DNA of 64,000 nt from Blastocatellia bacterium (GTDB lineage Bacteria; Acidobacteriota; Blastocatellia; UBA7656): positions 448,001 to 512,000 of the forward strand of contig CAVXWP010000009.1 in NCBI GenBank assembly GCA_963765495.1. Direction: 5' to 3'. Of this stretch, positions 1 through 8,913 are shown in pieces. Under the pieces are notes generated by a model that was given only the letters and a program-made list of their open reading frames with translations, was not told where the DNA came from and did no database searches. Every line of letters starts with the position of its first letter. Within the stretch, counting starts at the first letter, position 1. Both the position numbers and the translations under genes were made by a program.

Positions 1-2
1 AG

Positions 3-791
3 GCCATCCTCGCGCGGGGCTGCGCCAAATATTCGCGCAAGAATCTGGACGAGTTGACCGAGGTGGCAAAACGCTTTGGCGCGGGCGGCGTGGCCTGGAT
101 CAAACAGGCGGAAGAGGGCGAAATAACATCGTCGCTTGCGAAGGCGCTCGGAGAGGAAAAGGTCGCCGAGGTGTTTGCTCAGGCGGGAGGGGCGGCGGGC
201 GACCTTTTGCTTATAATCGCGGGCAAGCCGCCGGTCGTGGCAGCGTCGCTATATGCCGTTCGCACCGAGGTAGCCAACCGCGAAGGGCTTATCGATACGA
301 ACAAATACAATTTTCTCTGGATCACGGAATTTCCGATGTACGAATATGACGAGAAGGGGGATCGTCTGGCGGCGATGCATCATCCGTTTACAAGTCCGCT
401 CGATGAGGATATGGATAAACTGGAAACCGAGCCCGGGCGTGTGCGGGCAAAGGCTTATGACCTCGTTTTGAACGGCGTCGAGCTTGGCAGCGGCTCGATC
501 AGAATCCACATGCGCGAGTTACAGCGAAAGGTATTCAGCGTGATGGGGCTCGACGACGAGGAGGCGCGCTCGAAATTCGGTTTTCTTCTTGACGCATTCG
601 AGTACGGCACACCGCCACACGGGGGTTTCGCCTTTGGCTTCGACAGGCTTGTGATGCTGCTGGCGCATGAAAACTCTATACGCGAGGTCATCGCTTTTCC
701 AAAGACTACGAGCGCCACCGATTTGATGATAGACTCGCCCGGCCCGGTTTCCGACGAGCAATTGCGCGAGCTTCACATCAAAATCAGTTAG
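3..791 (+). CDS. aspS: Aspartate--tRNA ligase, C-terminal part (5' truncated by window edge)
   Basis: HHPFTSP, AYDLVLNGVELGSGSIRIH, PPHGGFAFGFDR and IREVIAFPKT motifs; frame is open back to base 3. Confidence 0.97.
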   Translation, partial: AILARGCAKYSRKNLDELTEVAKRFGAGGVAWIKQAEEGEITSSLAKALGEEKVAEVFAQAGGAAGDLLLIIAGKPPVVAASLYAVRTEVANREGLIDTNKYNFLWITEFPMYEYDEKGDRLAAMHHPFTSPLDEDMDKLETEPGRVRAKAYDLVLNGVELGSGSIRIHMRELQRKVFSVMGLDDEEARSKFGFLLDAFEYGTPPHGGFAFGFDRLVMLLAHENSIREVIAFPKTTSATDLMIDSPGPVSDEQLRELHIKIS

Positions 792-806
792 TTATAACAC
801 CAGATA

Positions 807-883
807 TGATGCGTGATGCGTGATGCGTGATTATCAGGCTGATTGCCGTTAAAAGGTAATTACCAAAATCACGCATCACGCAT
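807..883. repeat. Inverted heptamer tandem-repeat element, (TGATGCG)n...(ATCACGC)n family
   Basis: 3.5 x TGATGCG, spacer of about 36 nt, then 2 x ATCACGC. Confidence 0.9.
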
Positions 884-970
884 TTACTCCGCTTACTCTT
901 CTCTTGACCTTGAATCCGGTGAGCCTGCCTGCGGCGTAATTCCTGTGCCAATACAACAGACCAATAACAG

Positions 971-1717
971 ATGGAGGAAAACCCGATGAGCGAACCTCAA
1001 ACGCAGGTTTCCAGCCAGACTGAGCTACAGGAAACGTCAACCGAAAACCAGATGAAATCCTCGCGCAAAAACAGGAAAAGGCGCTGGATCATCGTCTCCC
1101 TGATCGCTGTGCTCCTGGCCTACTCCCTCATAGACCTGTTCGGCCCTCGATCAAAAAACCTGCGCGATTTCGACCCGAATGAAGTCGCCCGGCTTGAGAC
1201 GGCAATGTGGCGCTCTTATTACAACCGAGAGCGCCTGCGGCTTTTCAATCAACTCTCCGAGTTGATGAGAACCGAGTATGATCTGCCGTTTATCAGATCG
1301 AACGTAGTCGCGTATCAGGCTGCCAGAGCCGCTTTCGTGTTCAAAGACGGGCACAATCGCGATGAGTACGAAAAGGCGCTGCCCAACCTGATAAACTTTT
1401 ATACGGCCATTCGCAAGGTGAGCGATACGCCCTTTGACATTGATCGCGCGGCCCGTCTTGAGCTTGAATGGTGGATAGTGCATCGTGAGCGAAAGAACCA
1501 CACGGCAGGCGATCTCGACCGCGCGCTGGCAGACCTGGCGTCGGAGGTCTATCGTGTGCCTGCCGACCAGTTGATGGAGCACGCCCGCCTGCGAGCCGAA
1601 GCTATGACGATCCGCGATGATAAGGCCGAAGCCGGAGGCGTGAGCGAACAGGATTGGGCGAGGATTGATGAACTGCTCCATCAGTCGTGGAAATCGCTCT
1701 GGGAGGCCGTAAACTGA
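971..1717 (+). CDS. Hypothetical membrane-anchored helical protein
   Basis: 248-aa ORF; basic stretch plus one TM helix (WIIVSLIAVLLAYSLIDLF); internal duplicated ARLE..W motif; start may be 986. Confidence 0.75.
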   Translation: MEENPMSEPQTQVSSQTELQETSTENQMKSSRKNRKRRWIIVSLIAVLLAYSLIDLFGPRSKNLRDFDPNEVARLETAMWRSYYNRERLRLFNQLSELMRTEYDLPFIRSNVVAYQAARAAFVFKDGHNRDEYEKALPNLINFYTAIRKVSDTPFDIDRAARLELEWWIVHRERKNHTAGDLDRALADLASEVYRVPADQLMEHARLRAEAMTIRDDKAEAGGVSEQDWARIDELLHQSWKSLWEAVN

Positions 1718-1751
1718 CGGGCACAGATTCTTTAATGCTAAGCTGAATTTT

Positions 1752-2420
1752 ATGAATGAGAATTTTGAAGTTATAACATTCGATTGCTACGGGACGCTCA
1801 TAGACTGGGAGGGCGGCATCACAACCGCCTTTCAATGCGAAGCGGCCCGCGATGGGGTCGCGCTCGACGCCGGGCAAATAATCGCGGCGTACATGGCCGC
1901 AGAGCCGGAGGTTGAATCGAGCGGCTACCGATCTTATCGCGAGGTGCTTTGGGAAACGGCCCGGCGAGTGGCCGCGCAAATCGCGTGGCCTATCACACAG
2001 GACCGCGCTCGCTTTCTAGCCGAAAGCATCGCAGACTGGCGGCCCTTTCCTGATACAAACGCGGCGCTCGAACGCCTGGCCCGCCGTTTTCAACTTGGAA
2101 TACTTTCAAATGTGGATGACGATATGCTTGCCGCCACGCGAAAGCATTTCACGGTAGCGTTTGATCCCGTAGTGACGGCCCAGCAGGTCAAATCATACAA
2201 ACCCGGCTTCGCGCATTTCGAGGAGGCCCGCAAACGCATGGGTGAAAAGCGACACCTGCACGCGGCTCAAAGCTATTTTCACGATGTAGTTCCGTCGCGC
2301 AAGCTCGACATCCCTGTCGCGTGGGTCAATCGAAAAAATGAACTCATCCCCGAACAGGGGTTGCGGCCTGATTATGAAGTAAAGAATCTGGAGGAACTGG
2401 CCGACCTGCTTGGCGCGTGA
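1752..2420 (+). CDS. HAD-superfamily hydrolase (haloacid dehalogenase type II-like)
   Basis: FDCYGTLIDWE motif I, LSN motif II, SYKP motif III. Confidence 0.9.
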   Translation: MNENFEVITFDCYGTLIDWEGGITTAFQCEAARDGVALDAGQIIAAYMAAEPEVESSGYRSYREVLWETARRVAAQIAWPITQDRARFLAESIADWRPFPDTNAALERLARRFQLGILSNVDDDMLAATRKHFTVAFDPVVTAQQVKSYKPGFAHFEEARKRMGEKRHLHAAQSYFHDVVPSRKLDIPVAWVNRKNELIPEQGLRPDYEVKNLEELADLLGA

Positions 2421-2460
2421 GACTTCAATGAATCCGCTCCATCAAAATTGGGGGAGTAGA

Positions 2461-2562
2461 AATAGGCCGGGACGGACGCGGATCAGGCGGATTTTCGCGG
2501 ATCAGAGCATATTTGAGCTAATCCGTGTTGATCCGTCGCATCCGTCGAATCCGTGGCCTATT
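2461..2562. repeat. Inverted nonamer-periodic (CGGAT/ATCCG) palindromic element, copy 1
   Basis: AATAGGCC...GGCCTATT ends; CGGAT every 9-10 nt; about 49 nt near-identical to 6337-6385; between convergent genes. Confidence 0.85.
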
Positions 2563-2614
2563 GCTCTGTTCCCAACTATTCAAATCCATTTCCACCAGAA
2601 GCAGACGGATTGAT

Positions 2615-3094
2615 CTAATTCACGCGAGCGGATGCTTCGCGGATCGCATTGATCACCTCGTCGTCGCTCGGGCGAAATATCGGAAGCACCGACCGGCGAT
2701 AGCGAATGACCCCGTTCGGATCAATCACCACAACGGCTCGTTGCGAGCCCCCGAGCAAGGACTTCATGTCATAGAGCCCCGTCACTTCCCCGCTTTCGTC
2801 CGCAAGCAGCCTTTGAGGTAACCCGTGATGCTCGGCAAATTTCTTATGTGAATCCACCGAGCCTACCGAGACTGCCACTACCTCCGCGCCCGTATCTTCA
2901 TAATCCGTCCAGCGGTCGCGCATGCTGCACATCTGTTTTGTGCAAACGGGCGTTTCATCTCTCGGATAAAAGACCAGCGCCACGACTTTGCCGCGATTGG
3001 CGGAAAGTCGCCACCCGTTTCCTTCGTTGTCCTTCAGTTCAAAATCGGGTGCGAGACGGCCTACCTGAACGCCTTCAGACTCTGCTTTGCTCAT
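2615..3094 (-). CDS. bcp: Peroxiredoxin, Bcp/PrxQ type
   Basis: FYPRDETPVCTKQMC (PxxxTxxC with resolving Cys), APDFEL. Confidence 0.88.
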   Translation of the reverse strand: MSKAESEGVQVGRLAPDFELKDNEGNGWRLSANRGKVVALVFYPRDETPVCTKQMCSMRDRWTDYEDTGAEVVAVSVGSVDSHKKFAEHHGLPQRLLADESGEVTGLYDMKSLLGGSQRAVVVIDPNGVIRYRRSVLPIFRPSDDEVINAIREASARVN

Positions 3095-3103
3095 AATCTC
3101 TCC

Positions 3104-3667
3104 TCACTTTTTCCCTTCCGGCACATCGCTACTCTTCTTTTCTTCTTCTGTCGGCTTGCCCCTGTTTGCCGGCTGCGCGGGTTTCGGGTTTAGAAGCGCA
3201 ACGATGTCATCGTGTTTCTTGTCTTTTGCATAATCGGCAGCCGAGCGTCCGCCGTTGTCTCTTATCGTAGGATTGGCCCCGGCATCAAGCAGTATCTTCA
3301 CATTCTCGGCTTGGCCGTTGAGGGCCGCAGACATTAGCGCGGTAAAATTTCCCGGAGTCATCGCATTCACATCGGCCCCTTTCGTAATCAACATTTTTAC
3401 AACCTCCGGCTTCTCCATCCCGGCCGCCATAATCAATGGAGTTACACCGACATCGGTCTTCGCATTTACGTTGCCCCCGCTATCAATCGCCGCCTGAACG
3501 GCTGCCGGGTCGCCCTTTTGCACGGCCTGCATCAGCGGCGTACGACCTTGTGTGTCGCGCTGATTGGGGTCAATTTGCACGGTCTTATTGTTGTTTTCAG
3601 GGGTGCTTGTGCAACCCGCGAGCGTGATTGTCAACAACAAGAAAACGAGTGTTCGTGTGCTTATCAT
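3104..3667 (-). CDS. Ankyrin-repeat lipoprotein
   Basis: Lipobox LAGC; TPLMQA, TPLIMA, TALMSA and GADVNA ankyrin repeats. Confidence 0.9.
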   Translation of the reverse strand: MISTRTLVFLLLTITLAGCTSTPENNNKTVQIDPNQRDTQGRTPLMQAVQKGDPAAVQAAIDSGGNVNAKTDVGVTPLIMAAGMEKPEVVKMLITKGADVNAMTPGNFTALMSAALNGQAENVKILLDAGANPTIRDNGGRSAADYAKDKKHDDIVALLNPKPAQPANRGKPTEEEKKSSDVPEGKK

Positions 3668-3926
3668 GTCTTCTCCTAATCAATTTGATAAAAGTCATCA
3701 AGTGTTCGATCTGTATAACTCAATCGAGAGGGGTTCGACAAGTCGTGCCGGATATTCAAATACAGAGCCAATAAAGGTCGCAGCATTTTTCCTCTGCCGA
3801 GTCCTGTAAATCCTGTCCATCCCTGTTATAATGGCCGACCGCATCAGGCCCGATCTGCCAGGATCATTCGAAGTCTTACACCAGACAGAGGCGGCCTGTT
3901 CTTAAATCGCTTTTTAAGGAGACGGT

Positions 3927-5120
3927 ATGGACTTAAATCTCACACCCGAAGAGCAAAGCTTTCGTGATGAGTTTCGAGCCTGGCTCCAGGCAAATATTCC
4001 CGAAGAGTGGGAAGATTTCAACTCGCACGATCAAACGAGCGAAGCGCGGTTCAATTTCCTGCGCGCCTGGCAAAAGAAGATGTATGAAGCCGGGTGGGCC
4101 GGAATCAACTGGCCCAAAGAGTTTGGCGGGCGCGGCGCGTCCGTCATCCAGCAGGCCATCTTTATAGAGGAGATGGCTCGCGCACAATCGCCGCCTCTGA
4201 TAAATGTGCTGGGGCTGTCGTTGCTCGGGCCCACGCTGATCGCCTACGGCACAGAGGCGCAGAAAAAGAGATTTCTGGCAAACATCCTGAGCGCGGATGA
4301 GATATGGTGTCAGGGCTATTCCGAACCAAATGCCGGGTCTGACCTCGCATCGCTCAGGACCGAAGCGGTGCTCGACGGTGGCGACTTTATTGTCAACGGC
4401 CAGAAGACCTGGACCAGCTTTGGCCACTACGCCGACTGGTGCTTCGCCGTAGTCAGGACCGACCCCGACGCGCCAAAGCACAAGGGACTCACTTACATGC
4501 TGATCGACATGCACAGCCCCGGCGTACACGTGCGCCCGCTCAAGCAGATGACCGGCGAGAGCGAGTTCAACGAAGTCTATTTTGAGAACGTCCGCGTGCC
4601 TGTCGAAAACGTTGTGGGAAAGGTTAATGACGGTTGGAGCATTTCAATCGCCACGCTGATGTTTGAGCGAGGCACGCTCGGCGCGAGTTTGCAGATCACC
4701 TTCAAGCGGCAGATCGAGCGCCTTGTAGAACTCTCTCACAAAATAGAGCGCAACGGGCGGCCCGCAAGCTCAGACCCGTTAATCAGGCAAAAGCTCGCCC
4801 AGATTTACGCCGAGATTGAAATCTTCCGGCTAAACCAGATGCGCACGCTCACGCGCATGAGCAAATCGGGCGTGCCGGGGCCGGAAGGCTCTATCCAGAA
4901 GATATTCTGGAGCGAGATGAATCAGCGCATGCAACAGGTGGCTATGGAGTTGCTAGGCCCATACGGCCAGCTTACGGGCGAGAGCGAGTACGCTCTAAAC
5001 CACGGCCAGTGGGCGCACGCCTACCTGCGGTCGCGCGGTAACACCATAGAGGCGGGCACGTCTGAGATTCAGCGCAACATCATAGGCCATTTCGTGCTCG
5101 GCCTGCCAAAGAGCTATTAA
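3927..5120 (+). CDS. Acyl-CoA dehydrogenase (catalytic-type subunit)
   Basis: WCQGYSEPNAGSDLASL, GQKTWTS, TIEAGTSEIQRNII. Confidence 0.95.
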   Translation: MDLNLTPEEQSFRDEFRAWLQANIPEEWEDFNSHDQTSEARFNFLRAWQKKMYEAGWAGINWPKEFGGRGASVIQQAIFIEEMARAQSPPLINVLGLSLLGPTLIAYGTEAQKKRFLANILSADEIWCQGYSEPNAGSDLASLRTEAVLDGGDFIVNGQKTWTSFGHYADWCFAVVRTDPDAPKHKGLTYMLIDMHSPGVHVRPLKQMTGESEFNEVYFENVRVPVENVVGKVNDGWSISIATLMFERGTLGASLQITFKRQIERLVELSHKIERNGRPASSDPLIRQKLAQIYAEIEIFRLNQMRTLTRMSKSGVPGPEGSIQKIFWSEMNQRMQQVAMELLGPYGQLTGESEYALNHGQWAHAYLRSRGNTIEAGTSEIQRNIIGHFVLGLPKSY

Positions 5121-5142
5121 GCCACGAGAGCGAGGAGATGAT

Positions 5143-6306
5143 ATGGATTTCGATCTTTCGGAGACTCAGCAACTATTCAAGCGTTCAGCCAGAGAGCTTT
5201 TCGTTCAGGAATGCCCGCCTGCCCGCGTCCGCGAGATGATAGAAAACGGCGAACCTTATTCGGACGAACTATGGGAGAAGCTTGTCGAGCAGGGCTGGAC
5301 CGGGTTGATCTTCCCAGAAGAGGCCGGAGGGCTTGAACTCGGCATGGTCGAGATGGCCGTTGCATTTGAAGAGATGGGAAGAGCCCTGGTGCCGGGCGCG
5401 TTTCTCTCTACGGTGGCGCTTGCCGGATCGCTTCTGCACCGCGCCGGATCAGGCGAGCAGCGCGAAAGGTATCTGAACACCATCTGCGACGGGCGGATCA
5501 AAGCCACGGTTGCGCTGCTTGAAGAGAGCACCCGGTGGGACTCAGACGGCGTGGCTTTGAAAGCTACATCGGCAGGCGAGGGCTTCAAGCTCACGGGCAG
5601 GAAGCTTTTCGTATCCGATGCAGCCGCAGCCGATTTCATCATCACAGCCGCGCGCGCGGGTCAGGAACTACTGCTTGCCGTAGTCGCTCGCACAGCATCG
5701 GGGGTGAGCGTCAGCGAGATGCCTTCGATGGATGGCACGCGCAAGCTTTACGAGGTGACTTACGCGGATGTCGAGATAGCCGGTTCGGATGTTCTGGCGA
5801 CGGGAGAGGGGGCGCGCGAGGCGCTACACCACGCGCTCGATGTAGCTACGCTGGCGCTCACGGCCGAGATGGTTGGCGGCATGCAGCGTGTGCTTGAAGC
5901 CACGGTCGAATACGCAAAGACCAGAAAGCAATTCGGCAAACCCATAGGGCAGTTTCAGGCCGTCCAGCACCACTGCGCCAACATCCTGTTGATGACAGAA
6001 AGCGCGCGTTCGGCCGTTTACTACGCCGCGTGGGTTATGGGCAACGACCCGAAACAGGCCCCCCTGGCCGTTTCCGTGGCAAAGACTTATGCGAGCGACG
6101 CATACCGCGAGGCCGGAAACCTGGGCATTCAGGTGCATGGCGGGATAGGTTTTACCTGGGAAGACGACATCCATTTTTACTATAAGCGGGCCAAGGCGAG
6201 CGAGCTTATGTTTGGCGATGCAAATTTCCACCGCGAGCGCATAGCGAGTATGATCGTGGATCGAAAAGGCGAGCCGTCAAAAGCCGTGGGCGAAGCCGCC
6301 GATTAA
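5143..6306 (+). CDS. Acyl-CoA dehydrogenase (partner subunit)
   Basis: RKQFGKPIGQFQAVQH, QVHGGIGFTWE; lacks the SEPxAGSD motif. Confidence 0.93.
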   Translation: MDFDLSETQQLFKRSARELFVQECPPARVREMIENGEPYSDELWEKLVEQGWTGLIFPEEAGGLELGMVEMAVAFEEMGRALVPGAFLSTVALAGSLLHRAGSGEQRERYLNTICDGRIKATVALLEESTRWDSDGVALKATSAGEGFKLTGRKLFVSDAAAADFIITAARAGQELLLAVVARTASGVSVSEMPSMDGTRKLYEVTYADVEIAGSDVLATGEGAREALHHALDVATLALTAEMVGGMQRVLEATVEYAKTRKQFGKPIGQFQAVQHHCANILLMTESARSAVYYAAWVMGNDPKQAPLAVSVAKTYASDAYREAGNLGIQVHGGIGFTWEDDIHFYYKRAKASELMFGDANFHRERIASMIVDRKGEPSKAVGEAAD

Positions 6307-6336
6307 CCTGAACAGCCCGGATGAGCCGATTGAAAC

Positions 6337-6417
6337 AGGCCGGGACGGCCGCGGATCAGGCGGATTTTCGCGGATTAGACCATATCAAGTGCAGATCCGC
6401 GTCCGTCCCGGCCTATT
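6337..6417. repeat. Inverted nonamer-periodic palindromic element, copy 2
   Basis: AGGCCGGGACGG..GCGGATC / GATCCGCGTCCGTCCCGGCCT arms; between convergent genes. Confidence 0.85.
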
Positions 6418-6466
6418 CCTACTTAGAAATATTCTCGCTTGTTCCAACCATTCGCGGCGGATAAGT

Positions 6467-6880
6467 TCAGGCGGCTTGATCGGTGTTGCGCGCATTGTTT
6501 TTGATAAACTCGATTATCTCTTCCATCTTTGCGCCGGGGGTGAATATCTCTGTTACGCCCAGTTCTTTCAGTCGCGGGATGTCTTCATCGGGGATGATAC
6601 CGCCTCCGAATATGATTACGTCATCAAGACCCGCATCGCGCGCAAGCTCGACCACTCGCGGAAATAATGTCATGTGCGCGCCCGACAGTATTGATAATCC
6701 TATCGCGGCCACGTCTTCCTGAACCGCAGCGTTGACTACCTGTTCGGGCGTCTGCCTGAGTCCGGTGTAGATGACTTCCATTCCGGCATCGCGCAACGCC
6801 CGCGCAATGACTTTGACTCCCCGGTCGTGCCCGTCAAGTCCCGGCTTTGCAAGCAATACTCTTATTCTCTCTTCAACCAT
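6467..6880 (-). CDS. Acyl-CoA mutase small subunit, cobalamin-binding (IcmB-like)
   Basis: [10 protein letters not shown] (DxHxxG), SILSGAH, GGGIIP. Confidence 0.95.
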   Translation of the reverse strand: MVEERIRVLLAKPGLDGHDRGVKVIARALRDAGMEVIYTGLRQTPEQVVNAAVQEDVAAIGLSILSGAHMTLFPRVVELARDAGLDDVIIFGGGIIPDEDIPRLKELGVTEIFTPGAKMEEIIEFIKNNARNTDQAA

Positions 6881-6912
6881 AATTATTCACTGATCGGCTC
6901 TCTGATTTATCT

Positions 6913-8595
6913 TCAAAACATAGGTTCGCGGTACTCGCCATAGACGGGGCGGAGCGCGTCACACATCTCGCCAAGCGTCGCGTAAGCGCGCGCGCAATCG
7001 AGGAGTAAAGGCATGGCGTTTGCCCCTGCGCGAGCGCACTCGGTCAGCGCCTTGAGGTTGGCTTCCACAAGCGCGTTGTCGCGGTTGGCGCGCAGTTGAC
7101 TGAGTCTCTGGCTCTGGAGTTCGGCTACAGATTCGTCTATCTGCAAGAGAGGTATTTCGGCAGGCTCCTCTTTCATCAGGTAGTCGTTGACGCCGACGAT
7201 GATCTTGTCTTTCGACTCTACGGCAAGCTGATACTGATAGCTGGCCTCCTGAAGTTCGCGCTGTGGGAACCCCGCGTCAACGGCTTCGATCATTCCGCCG
7301 AAATCGTCTATCTTGCGGAAGTAATCGAACGCGCCTTCTTCCATTTCGCGTGTGAGTTTTTCTATAAAGTAAGAACCGCCCAGCGGGTCAATCGTATTCG
7401 TAACACCCGATTCGTGAGCGATGATCTGCTGAGTGCGCAGGGCGATAAGCGCCGCCTCGTCCGAAGGCAGCGCGAGCGCTTCGTCGTAAGCGTCGGTGTG
7501 AAGCGATTGAGTGCCGCCGAGCACGCCCGCAAGCGCCTGTATCGCCACCCGCACGATGTTGTTTAGCGGCTGCTGCGCGGTAAGCGATACGCCCGCCGTC
7601 TGAGTGTGAAATCTGAGGGTCCACGAGCGAGGATTTTGCGCGCCGAAGCGATCACGCATCACCCTGTACCAGATGCGGCGGGCCGCGCGGTACTTGGCTA
7701 TCTCTTCGAAGAAGTCGTTATGCGAATTGAAGAAGAAGCTCAGACGCGGCGCGAAATCATCTACATCCATCCCGTGATTGACCGCGTACTGAACGTACTC
7801 GATCCCGTCGCGCAAGGTGAAGGCGAGTTCTTGCAGGGCGGTCGAACCGGCCTCCCGGATGTGATAGCCGGAGATCGAAACGGGATTGAAGCGCGGGACC
7901 TCTTTGGTGCAGAACTCTATCGTATCGACGATGAGTTGCATCGCGGGTCGCGGCGGATATATCCATTCCTTTTGAGCTATGTACTCTTTGAGTATGTCGT
8001 TTTGGAGCGTGCCGCCTACGTTTTTCCAGTCAGCGCCCTGCTTTTCGGCCACGGCCAGAAACATCGCAAATATCATAGAAGCCGGGGCGTTGATGGTCAT
8101 CGAGGTAGTGACCTGATCGAGCGGGATGCCGTCGAAGAGCACTTCCATATCGGCGAGGCTCGAAATCGCAACGCCGCATTTTCCCACCTCACCTTCGCTG
8201 AAGGGATGGTCGGAGTCATAGCCCATCAGAGTCGGGAGATCGAAGGCTACGGAGAGGCCGGTCTGCCCGTGTTCGAGGAGGTACTTGAACCGTTTGTTTG
8301 TATCAAAGGCGGACCCGAAGCCCGCAAACTGTCGCATGGTCCAGAGCTTTCCGCGATAGCCCGTCGCGTGAATGCCGCGCGTGTAGGGCGGCTCGCCCGG
8401 AAAGCCCGACTCGGTTTCGTAATCGAAATCCGGCAGATCGTTTGGAGTGTAGAGCCGCTCGATTGGCTTGAGCGATACGGTTGTAAAGGTCTGTTTGCTT
8501 TCAGGTAAACGCTTGAGGGTCGGATTGAGCGTCTGCTCTTCCCATTCGCTTTCGGCTTCCTGCAATCGGTTTGTAATGTCGGTTGTGCTCATCAA
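6913..8595 (-). CDS. B12-dependent acyl-CoA mutase large subunit, isobutyryl-CoA mutase-like (IcmA)
   Basis: MCM fold motifs; WTMRQFAGF (Phe) and KEYIAQKEW (Gln) specificity residues. Confidence 0.9.
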   Translation of the reverse strand: MMSTTDITNRLQEAESEWEEQTLNPTLKRLPESKQTFTTVSLKPIERLYTPNDLPDFDYETESGFPGEPPYTRGIHATGYRGKLWTMRQFAGFGSAFDTNKRFKYLLEHGQTGLSVAFDLPTLMGYDSDHPFSEGEVGKCGVAISSLADMEVLFDGIPLDQVTTSMTINAPASMIFAMFLAVAEKQGADWKNVGGTLQNDILKEYIAQKEWIYPPRPAMQLIVDTIEFCTKEVPRFNPVSISGYHIREAGSTALQELAFTLRDGIEYVQYAVNHGMDVDDFAPRLSFFFNSHNDFFEEIAKYRAARRIWYRVMRDRFGAQNPRSWTLRFHTQTAGVSLTAQQPLNNIVRVAIQALAGVLGGTQSLHTDAYDEALALPSDEAALIALRTQQIIAHESGVTNTIDPLGGSYFIEKLTREMEEGAFDYFRKIDDFGGMIEAVDAGFPQRELQEASYQYQLAVESKDKIIVGVNDYLMKEEPAEIPLLQIDESVAELQSQRLSQLRANRDNALVEANLKALTECARAGANAMPLLLDCARAYATLGEMCDALRPVYGEYREPMF

Positions 8596-8669
8596 ACTCT
8601 CCTCGGGATAAATATCAAAGCATACGTCATATAGATAATATCGGACATGTATGAACGAAGGTAAATTTG

Positions 8670-8699
8670 ATGATAGTTGACCGCCGATGAGAGTGTCAA
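8670..8699 (-). promoter_or_regulatory. Putative sigma70 promoter of the mutase operon
   Basis: TTGACA-18 nt-TATCAT on the minus strand, within an inverted repeat TAGTTGAC..GTCAACTA. Confidence 0.5.
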
Positions 8700-8913
8700 C
8701 TACGGGCCTTCTTGTGAAAAAAGCGCGGTTGCAGAAAATGAGGCCTCGATTTCATCTATGTAAGATGGACGGTATAGTGACCCGATACGCTGGCAATTGA
8801 AAATCGAGATTTCAAATGATAAGCTGTGCCGGACAGTAACCGGCCAGTTCTCGCAAAAAATATACCCGTCACTGGTTCAGGTCTCGTCGCCCGGAAAGAT
8901 GCACGGAGGCCAG

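Noticed and set aside
7096-8508. Long antisense ORFs (also 12670-13401, 28696-29547, 39995-41101)
   Set aside because: Shadows of well-supported genes on the opposite strand, with no motifs
8596-8913. Cobalamin riboswitch upstream of the mutase
   Set aside because: No recognisable B12-box or core motifs, and the leader is short
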